Shown: positions 50,394 through 59,835 of the stretch, piece after piece | Position numbering within the stretch: the first letter of the stretch is position 1 | How the letters are laid out: every line of letters starts with the position of its first letter | Source of the DNA: Pseudomonadota bacterium | Lineage (GTDB): Bacteria > Pseudomonadota > Alphaproteobacteria > Rhodobacterales > Rhodobacteraceae | Direction of reading: 5' to 3' | Length of the DNA: 59,835 nt | NCBI GenBank assembly: GCA_038530495.1 | Contig: JBCBCR010000001.1 | Span: forward strand, 1 to 59,835 | The notes under the pieces: generated by a model | Databases searched by the model: none | Told to the model about the DNA's origin: nothing | The model's input: only the letters and a program-made list of their open reading frames with translations | Translations under genes and position numbers: made by a program

Positions 50394-50756
50394 ATGCAAC
50401 GCGTCACAGGGATCGGTGGGTTTTTCTTTCGCGCCAAGGCGCCCGAAGCGTTGGCCGCGTGGTACCGCGACCATCTGGGCATTGATCTGGTGCCCACGTC
50501 AGCGGATCAGCAGCCGTGGCAGGCGGTGGGCGGGCCGGTGGTCTTTGCGCCGTTTGCCGCCGACACGAGTTATTTCAGCGCGGACAAAGCGTTCATGCTG
50601 AATTTCAAGGTTGATGACCTGCAGGCCATGGTGGCGCAGCTGCGCACGGCTGGGATCGACGTCACGGAACTAGACCCGATGCCTGGGATCGGCCGCTTTG
50701 CGCATCTGCACGACCCCGAAGGCACCCCGATCGAGCTTTGGCAACCCGAAGCCTGA
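50394..50756 (+). CDS. VOC/glyoxalase family protein
   Basis: [26 protein letters not shown]; AGGAGG RBS. Confidence 0.9.
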   Translation: MQRVTGIGGFFFRAKAPEALAAWYRDHLGIDLVPTSADQQPWQAVGGPVVFAPFAADTSYFSADKAFMLNFKVDDLQAMVAQLRTAGIDVTELDPMPGIGRFAHLHDPEGTPIELWQPEA

Positions 50757-50759
50757 CGG

Positions 50760-51335
50760 TTAGTCGCGGTTTGCCCCGGGAACCCACAGGACATCGTCCT
50801 TGCCACCGTTATTGGCAATGCGTGCCGCCACAAAGAACCAGTCGCTCAACCGGTTGAGGTATTTGACGGCGGCGGGGTTCACCGCCTCCATCGTCGCCAG
50901 TTCGACCGACAGCCGTTCGGCACGACGCGCCACGGTGCGGCACACGTGCAAATGCGCCGACAACGCGGACCCACCGGGCAGGATAAAGCTGCGCAGGGGG
51001 TCAAGTGCTGCGTTCATTGCGTCAATCTCGGATTCCAGCCGCGATACCTGCGCATCCGCCATGCGCAGGGGCGGGTATTCGGCTTCGGCGTCTTTCTCCA
51101 TGTCAGGGCGGCACAGGTCTGCGCCCAGATCAAAAAGGTCGTTCTGGATACGGCTCAAACCTTCGTCCACGTCGCCCTCGGCGACCAGTCGTGCCACGCC
51201 GACAAAGGCGTTCAGCTCATCTGCCGTGCCATAGGCCGTGACGCGTGCGGCGTGCTTGGCCACGCGCGCGCCGTTGCCCAGGGCGGTTTCGCCGGCGTCG
51301 CCGGTTTTCGTATAGATCTTGTTCAGCACAACCAT
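50760..51335 (-). CDS. PduO-type ATP:cob(I)alamin adenosyltransferase
   Basis: KIYTKTGDAGET, QNDLFDLGADL, FILPGG, RTVARRAER, YLNRLSD. Confidence 0.94.
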   Translation of the reverse strand: MVVLNKIYTKTGDAGETALGNGARVAKHAARVTAYGTADELNAFVGVARLVAEGDVDEGLSRIQNDLFDLGADLCRPDMEKDAEAEYPPLRMADAQVSRLESEIDAMNAALDPLRSFILPGGSALSAHLHVCRTVARRAERLSVELATMEAVNPAAVKYLNRLSDWFFVAARIANNGGKDDVLWVPGANRD

Positions 51336-51339
51336 GGTG

Positions 51340-51546
51340 TCAGCCTCCGTTCCCGCGCAGTGCGACAAAGGCGAGGATGAGCAACACTGCGATGAACTGC
51401 GCCGCAATGCGCATGCGCATCAGCTTGTTCGAATTCGCCGCAGCCCAGCCCGACCCCTTGGCAAAACCACCGAGGCCCAGCATCAAAACGACAACCACGC
51501 CAAGGCAGGCCAGCATGATCAGTACAAACAGCGGGTCAAACCCCAT
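51340..51546 (-). CDS. Twin-transmembrane small protein (HIG1-like)
   Basis: Two TM helices flanking SNKLMRMRIAAQ. Confidence 0.88.
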   Translation of the reverse strand: MGFDPLFVLIMLACLGVVVVLMLGLGGFAKGSGWAAANSNKLMRMRIAAQFIAVLLILAFVALRGNGG

Positions 51547-51612
51547 GATCCGGTTCCTTTGTTCTTGTCTGACCGCTGATGTAGAGGGCCGCTGCCAAAA
51601 AGCGAAGGAAGT

Positions 51613-52446
51613 TTAGCCGCCCTTGGCTGCGACATTGTCGAGCCCGCGGGTCGGCAGCATTCGTTTCAGCGTTCCCATGATATAGGTCGGCGTGGTCACA
51701 TAGTATCGCGGGCGCGGCTTCGGGTGTTCAAGCGCGTGGGCCAGCTTCTTGACCACGGCCTCGGGCGGCAATTCGAACGTGTCCGGGCCATTGTCATCAT
51801 AAAGCCGCGCGCGCAGTCGTTTTTCGTACAGCGTTTTCAGCGCCGAGCCTTCCCAATCGATCCACTTTTCGAAATGCGGAATGGAATTGACGCGGATGCG
51901 GCTGGTCACCGGCCCGGGTTCGATCAACACCACGTGGATCGGACTGTCGCGCAGTTCCAGCCGCAGCGTGTCGGTCAGGCCCTCCAGCGCAAACTTGGTG
52001 CTGTTATAGGCCCCGCGCCATGGCAAGGCGGCAAATCCCAGAACCGAGCTGTTCTGCACGATCCGCCCGTGCCTCTGCGCGCGCATCACCGGCAGAACGC
52101 GGCGGGTCAGTTCGTGCCAGCCAAAGAAATTTGCCTCGAATATCGCGCGCAGCGCGTCCGTTGGCAGATCCTCGACCGCACCGGGCACGGCGTAGGCGCC
52201 ATTGTTGAACAGCGCATGGAGCGTGCCGCCGGTCGCCTCCAGCACATCGGCAAGACCGCTTTCAATAGTAGCAGGCGCCTCGTAGTCGATCAGCGGCGCG
52301 TCGAACCCTTCGTCGCGCAGCCGGGCGCAGTCGGCCTCCTTGCGGCAGGACGCAAACACCCGCCAGCCGCGCGCCCGCATCCCGTGCGCCGCAGCATATC
52401 CGATGCCCGAAGAGCATCCCGTAATCAGGACTGTTTTTTGTGTCAT
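51613..52446 (-). CDS. SDR family oxidoreductase
   Basis: TGCSSGIG, NNGA, YNSTK. Confidence 0.92.
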   Translation of the reverse strand: MTQKTVLITGCSSGIGYAAAHGMRARGWRVFASCRKEADCARLRDEGFDAPLIDYEAPATIESGLADVLEATGGTLHALFNNGAYAVPGAVEDLPTDALRAIFEANFFGWHELTRRVLPVMRAQRHGRIVQNSSVLGFAALPWRGAYNSTKFALEGLTDTLRLELRDSPIHVVLIEPGPVTSRIRVNSIPHFEKWIDWEGSALKTLYEKRLRARLYDDNGPDTFELPPEAVVKKLAHALEHPKPRPRYYVTTPTYIMGTLKRMLPTRGLDNVAAKGG

Positions 52447-52504
52447 TGCCCGCTTTGCCTGCCAAATCCGGCGGCATCATGGACGCAGCAGGTGCCGGAT
52501 GCAA

Positions 52505-53095
52505 TCAGCCCTGGCTCAGCAGGAACGCCGCCATCCAGCCGACCGGACCGCCGCCCACCGGGCGCAGCTTGACCCATCCGTTGCCCGGATCTTGCAACAC
52601 TTCAACCTCGTCACCGCGCACCAGGCGATTGACCACCGAATACTCGGTGCCCGGGCCGCCACGGACATTCACCGAATTGCCTGTGACCTGCCGCACCTCC
52701 TTGCCGGTCACTCCGGTGACCGCGCGTGCGGGTTCGGCACCGAAATCCACCGGGCGAATGACCGGCTGGTCCACCAGCAGGCTGGGCAGGATTTCCACCG
52801 GCTCGGGCGCGTCGTCCACCTCGGTCAGGCTGGACGGAATAACCACGGGTTCACCGCGACGCTGGCCGGGGCGCAGCACATCCTCGACCGAATTGAGGTC
52901 CAGTTTGATCCGGGTCACGTTCTCGGGCAACGCGGTCACGTTGCGCGTTGGCGCGGCGGCCACAACCTCCGGCACCGCTTCGGGCGCCTCGATCCGTGAC
53001 AAACGCGTGGCTTCGGCGTCAAAGTCGCTCCCGCCGCTCAGTTCATAAAATGCAAAACCCAAAAAAAGGAATGAAATCACGATAAGACGCGTCAT
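52505..53095 (-). CDS. Bacterial SH3-domain exported protein
   Basis: N-terminal TM helix; C-terminal VNVRGGPGT...GW...GWM. Confidence 0.88.
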   Translation of the reverse strand: MTRLIVISFLFLGFAFYELSGGSDFDAEATRLSRIEAPEAVPEVVAAAPTRNVTALPENVTRIKLDLNSVEDVLRPGQRRGEPVVIPSSLTEVDDAPEPVEILPSLLVDQPVIRPVDFGAEPARAVTGVTGKEVRQVTGNSVNVRGGPGTEYSVVNRLVRGDEVEVLQDPGNGWVKLRPVGGGPVGWMAAFLLSQG

Positions 53096-53286
53096 AGCGC
53101 GTAACCCCCCAACAACAGTCTATGCCATCGGCAACTTGATGACATGAGAAGGTTAACAGACAGAGTGATTCCCAACACCGGAAAAAAGCGTGATTTCAAA
53201 TAGGGGCGTCGTCTGTCGCCCATCTGCCGCACAATTCCCGCAAGGTCGCGCTTGTCCCTTTTGCACGGCTTGGCTACACAGCATCT

Positions 53287-55578
<2,292 letters not shown>

Positions 55579-55650
55579 CCGGGTTAGGATTCGCGCACCA
55601 AATCATTGATCTCCCAAGCCAGGGAGGCGTAACGAGGGAAGCGTATTCTC

Positions 55651-56861
55651 ATGGACGGTCAAATTCACGGCAGCTACCACGGCAAAGGTAGCCCGCTTTT
55701 CAAGCTTTATTTCATCACGGCCCTTTTCACCTTGCTCACGCTGGGCATTTACGGTTCTGGGCCAAGACCCGGATCCGCAAATATATCTGGTCGTCGGTAT
55801 CCGGCGACGGCGACAGCTTTGAATATACCGGCACGGGGGTTGAAAAGTTTCTGGGCTTTCTGGTCGCGATCGTGATCCTCGCGGTCTATCTGGGCATCAT
55901 CCAGATGGCGCTTTTCTACTTTGGTCTCAACATGTTCTCCACGCCCGAGACCGAGGCGCAGGCGCTGGCACAGATCTTTGCGATCTACATCACGCTGCTG
56001 GCAGTGCTGCCGCTGATGCTGTTTGCGCAGTACCGCGCACGGCGCTACCGGATGGCGCGGTCGCGCTGGCGCGGGCTGCGGTTCGGGATGGAAAACGGCG
56101 CGTGGGGCTATGCGCTGCGGGCGTTGGGATACTACCTGTTGAACCTGATCACGCTGGGCCTGCTGAACCCGCTGGTGACGTACAAGCTGGAAAAATACAT
56201 GACCGACCGCACGTGGTACGGCGACGGGCAGTTCGTGCAGAACGGTCGGTGGCAAAGCCTCTACGCGGGTATGAAACACGTCTTTATCGGCCTTGGCCTG
56301 TTTGTCGGCGGCGGCGTGCTGCTGGGCGTGGGGGGCGCGAACGATGCGCTGGCCATGGTGATCGGCGGCGGTCTGATCTTTTTCGTCGCGTATATCTGGT
56401 TCCTGATCGGCCTCGTGTACTACCGCGTCTACGCGTTCAACTACCTGACGGGGCACAAGGTTCTCGACGGTCAGGTCAGCTTTCGCGCCGCGCTGGAAAC
56501 CGGCACAATCATTGGAAAATTTGTCATCGGCACAATTGTGATCGGCGTCATCATGGGGGTGATCTTCGGCGTCATCGCGGCCATCGGTGCTGCCAGCATG
56601 GGCAGTTTTGCCGAAGGTGGCACGCTCAACGGGGCCAGCATCGCATCGCTGATCGTGATTGGTATCCTCTATGCGCTTGCGTTCCTCGCCGCAGGGGGGC
56701 TGAGCCTTGTCATGATCACCCAGCCGATCATCGAACACGCGGTCACCAACATCTCCGTGATGAACGCCGACCATCTCGACAGCATCCGCCAGCGCACGGC
56801 TGATGCGGGCGCGGACGCCGAAGGGTTTGCCGACGCGCTTGATGTGGGTGGGGCCCTCTGA
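55651..56861 (+). pseudogene. DUF898/YjgN-family membrane protein with a 1-bp frameshift near 55752
   Basis: Adding one base at TAC^GG joins TLLTLGIY to xFWAKTRIRKYIWSS...FEYTGT, which continues in frame into ORF 55872-56861. Confidence 0.8.
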
Positions 56862-57997
56862 TGCGTCACGCGCAGGCGCGGGGCCGTTTTTTCGACGGAG
56901 AGCAGGGCCTGCGCCTGACGGTGGATTTGCACGTGGATGCCGCGGCGGAGACGCTGCGGCTGACCCATCCGAACCTGCCCGAGGGGTCGCAATACTGGCC
57001 GCTCTGGGCCATTCGGGCGCTGGCGGATCACGCCCGCGACGACCAGATGGTGCTGAGCCTCGTGGCGGACAAGGCGCTCGACTCCGCGCTGATCACCACC
57101 GCGCGGCTCACGGTCGAAGACGCTGAAATGATTGGCATTTTGTCCCGTCTGTGCCCCGATCTGCATCGCCGCGACGTGGCGCGCGGGACCTATCGCAAGG
57201 TCACGCTGTGGACCGGCGGTGCGATTGGCGCGATGCTGTTGATGATCTTTGTCATCCTGCCCGCGATGGCCAACACGCTGGCCACCTACCTGCCCATCGA
57301 ACGCGAGGTGGCGTGGGGGCAGACGGTGGTGCGGTCGATGGAGCGGGTGCTGGGCCGGTCGCGCACCGAAGGGCTGACCTGCACCGGTGCCGAGGGGCTG
57401 CGCGCACTGCAGGCGATGGAAGACAGGCTCACGGAAGGTACTGATATTCAATACGATTTGACGGTCGCGGTGTTTGATCATCCGATGGTCAACGCCTTTG
57501 CTGCACCCGGCGGGCACATCGTTTTGATGCGCGGTTTGATCGAAAAAGCGGACGGTCCGGACGAGGTTGCGGCGGTTCTGGGGCACGAGATCGGGCACGT
57601 GGAGGCGCGGGATGTGACGCGTAACGCGCTGCGGTCGGCGGGGTCGGCGGGGCTTTTGTCATTGATTTTAGGAGATTTTGCCGGCGGCGGGGCGGCTGTG
57701 CTGCTGGCGGAGTGGACGCTGAACGCGTCCTACACGCGCGAGGCGGAAGCGGCGGCTGACATCTATGCCCTTGAAATGCTTGAAAGATCCGGAACGGATG
57801 CCACGGCGATGGCCAGCTTTTTCGACAAGATCGCCAAGCTGCAGGAGGGCGGGCCGGACCTGCCCGGGTATCTGTCGACCCATCCAGAAAGCCACCAACG
57901 TGCTGGTTTGGCACGGGTTTTTGCCGAGGATCAGGGCGTGACCACGCCGATCCTGAGCGCGCGGGAATGGAAGGCTTTGCAGGACATCTGCAAGTAA
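56861..57997 (+). CDS. M48-family zinc metallopeptidase
   Basis: NAFAAPGG, HEIGH, EAAAD, YLSTHP; usual partner of DUF898. Confidence 0.92.
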   Translation: MRHAQARGRFFDGEQGLRLTVDLHVDAAAETLRLTHPNLPEGSQYWPLWAIRALADHARDDQMVLSLVADKALDSALITTARLTVEDAEMIGILSRLCPDLHRRDVARGTYRKVTLWTGGAIGAMLLMIFVILPAMANTLATYLPIEREVAWGQTVVRSMERVLGRSRTEGLTCTGAEGLRALQAMEDRLTEGTDIQYDLTVAVFDHPMVNAFAAPGGHIVLMRGLIEKADGPDEVAAVLGHEIGHVEARDVTRNALRSAGSAGLLSLILGDFAGGGAAVLLAEWTLNASYTREAEAAADIYALEMLERSGTDATAMASFFDKIAKLQEGGPDLPGYLSTHPESHQRAGLARVFAEDQGVTTPILSAREWKALQDICK

Positions 57998-58039
57998 ACC
58001 GCGCAACGCTGTCGCGATGAGCGCCGCGAAGAGCGTGCC

Positions 58040-58074
58040 GTTTTGTTCAAAATGGGGCCTGTTTTGTACAAAAC
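58040..58074 (+). repeat. 35-bp double-palindrome element B (copy 3)
   Basis: GTTTTGTTCAAAA-TGGGGCCT-GTTTTGTACAAAAC. Confidence 0.75.
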
Positions 58075-58248
58075 GGATTTGGGTCGATTTGGCGCTGTTT
58101 CGCGGATTTTGGGCCTTTTGGGGTCGGATCGACGCACATTCACCCGAACAATACGTGGGAAAAATTCCCACAGAACCGCATCAAAACACTGGACGCAACG
58201 CCGCCCGAAGCGCAGACTTCGATTATTAACGTTACGTAAAGGTGATGC

Positions 58249-58590
58249 ATGAGACAGGCGGCATTTATCACTCTCACCCTTTTCCTGTGTCTGGCCCTCG
58301 CGCCCACGCTGTGGGCGCAAGACCTCACCGGTCCATACCGGGCCGAAGGGATGAATCCCGACGGCTCGAAATATGTCGGCTCCGTACAGATCGCGCAGCA
58401 GGGCGCCGCGGTCACCATGGCGTGGCAGGTCGGCGCCAGCGCCTATTCCGGCGCCGGTATCATCGACGGGCGGGTGCTGACCGTGAACTGGGGCGACGCG
58501 ACGCCGGTGGTGTATGTCGTGATGCCCGGCGGGCAGTTGCACGGGACCTGGAGCGATGGGCGCGCGCTCGAGCGGTTGATCCCTCAGTGA
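58249..58590 (+). CDS. Secreted small hypothetical protein (predicted beta-rich)
   Basis: Signal peptide (LWA-Q), G.YRAEG.NPDGS.Y.G motif; AAAGGTG RBS. Confidence 0.8.
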   Translation: MRQAAFITLTLFLCLALAPTLWAQDLTGPYRAEGMNPDGSKYVGSVQIAQQGAAVTMAWQVGASAYSGAGIIDGRVLTVNWGDATPVVYVVMPGGQLHGTWSDGRALERLIPQ

Positions 58591-58841
58591 TCGGGGACCA
58601 ACGCCAGCACAAAGGCGGTGACCTTGGCCGCGGGCATTTCGCAGGGTTTGAGGCGCGGGCCTGAGGCAAGCGCGAAGAAGTTGAGCGAGATGTAATCGGT
58701 CCCGCCCAGTTCCTCGGCCACCAGTTTGGTGGTGCGGCCCCCGTTCAGGACGGATTTGGTGACCACGTAGCGGCGGCCAGCAGCGGTTCCTTGGAACGTG
58801 CCGGTGGGTAGGGCGGCGAGAGCCGTGGCGAAATCGGTCAC
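58584..58841 (-). CDS. Small hypothetical protein with a KPCEMP motif
   Basis: GTGA overlap with the plsY stop; KLVAEELGG.DYISLN...LKPCEMP..KV. Confidence 0.72.
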   Translation of the reverse strand: MTDFATALAALPTGTFQGTAAGRRYVVTKSVLNGGRTTKLVAEELGGTDYISLNFFALASGPRLKPCEMPAAKVTAFVLALVPDH

Positions 58842-59455
58842 TGGGACTTTTGGCCGATCTTCGGTTCGGTGCCTGCGAGGATACGGGCGATGTTGGCGCG
58901 GTGGCGCCAGTAGATCAGCGCGGCGAGTGCCACCGCCAGCACCACCGCGCCGCCAAAGCCAAGCGCCCAGAGGATCACAGGCGCAGCCGCGGACGCCGTC
59001 AGCGCCCCTGCCGACGAGATGCGCAGCGCGCCAGCGCCCACCAGCCATGCCACACACACACCGATGCCAGCAGGCCACGCCAGCGCCAGCATCAACCCGG
59101 TGAAGGTCGCCACCCCCTTGCCCCCCGCAAAGCGCAGCCAGACGGGATAGCAGTGCCCCAGCATCGCAGCGAGGCCGGCGAGTTGCGCCGCATCCTCGGC
59201 CCCCGTGACCGCGCGGGCGATGAGCAGCGCGGCGGCCCCTTTGCCTGCGTCGAGCAGCAGGGTCAGGGCAGCGGCCGTCTTGTTGCCGGTGCGCAGCACG
59301 TTGGTCGCGCCGATATTGCCCGAGCCGATGGCGCGGAGATCGCCCAGCGACATCACCCGCGCCAGCACGAGGCCAAAGGGGATGGAGCCAAGCAGGTAGC
59401 CCAGCACCGCCCAGAGCGCGAGACCCGCCATGCCGGTTTCGATCACGGGCATCAC
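58838..59455 (-). CDS. plsY: Glycerol-3-phosphate acyltransferase PlsY
   Basis: GYLLGSIPFG, GSGNIGATNVLR, GHCYPV, GGKGVAT, RHRANI. Confidence 0.96.
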   Translation of the reverse strand: MMPVIETGMAGLALWAVLGYLLGSIPFGLVLARVMSLGDLRAIGSGNIGATNVLRTGNKTAAALTLLLDAGKGAAALLIARAVTGAEDAAQLAGLAAMLGHCYPVWLRFAGGKGVATFTGLMLALAWPAGIGVCVAWLVGAGALRISSAGALTASAAAPVILWALGFGGAVVLAVALAALIYWRHRANIARILAGTEPKIGQKSQ

Positions 59456-59835
59456 ATCACCTCGAACACGCGGTTGCCCGCGACATACGTGGCCAGCACG
59501 CGGCCCTGCATCCGTGCGCCGTCAAAGGGCGTGTTGCGGGATTTCGAGCGCAGCGTGGCGCGGTCCATCACAAATGGCGCGTGCGGGTCAAAGAGCACGA
59601 GGTCCGCAGGTGCGCCGATGGCGAGGCGGCCTGCCTCCAGCCCCAGACGCCGCGCAGGGTTCAGCGACATCGCGCGCCAGAGCGTTGGCAGGTCGATCAG
59701 GCCCGCGTGAAACAGGCGCATCGCGGCAGGCAGCAGGGTTTCCAACGCCACCGCCCCGCTGGCCGCGGCCTCGAACGGCAGGCGTTTGCTTTCCTCGTCC
59801 TGCGGCGTGTGCATGGAGCTGATGATGTCGATCAG
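59452..59835 (-). CDS. pyrC: Dihydroorotase (or PyrC'-like), 3' part only
   Basis: HTPQDEESKRLPF, GAVALETL, NPARRLGL, SKSRNTPF; upstream of plsY. Confidence 0.88.
   Translation of the reverse strand: MIDIISSMHTPQDEESKRLPFEAAASGAVALETLLPAAMRLFHAGLIDLPTLWRAMSLNPARRLGLEAGRLAIGAPADLVLFDPHAPFVMDRATLRSKSRNTPFDGARMQGRVLATYVAGNRVFEVM

Overview
This is a GC-rich, mostly core-genome window from a Rhodobacteraceae chromosome, probably Roseobacter group (inferred from gene content and gene order). It holds about 74 CDS. In order: the 3' part of a luxI-type AHL synthase with a RecD-like helicase, a BMP-type nucleoside ABC transporter, rimI-tsaB-nfuA, def/def-like/fmt, rnhA, folK-rpoZ-spoT-pdxJ-acpS-lepB-lepB2-rnc-era-recO, mcd, pckA-chvI-chvG-hprK-rapZ-EIIA-HPr, hbd, etfAB, PduO-type adenosyltransferase, parC, DUF898-M48, plsY and the 3' end of pyrC. 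I saw no rRNA, tRNA, CRISPR array, prophage or transposase. The most notable unexplained items are: (1) an XRE / LysR-HTH+PAS-like / GNAT-fold three-gene module at 37.0-39.3 kb that may be an undescribed sensor-plus-acyltransferase signalling system; (2) three separate families of short intergenic repeats, including a 35-bp double palindrome (GTTTTGTACAAAAC core) present three times; (3) a DUF805-like-LepB fusion in tandem with lepB; (4) a catalytically degenerate def paralog; (5) a 1-bp frameshift in the DUF898 gene. All family calls come from motif recognition by eye, with no database searches, and many start codons were trimmed from the ORF track to likelier positions.
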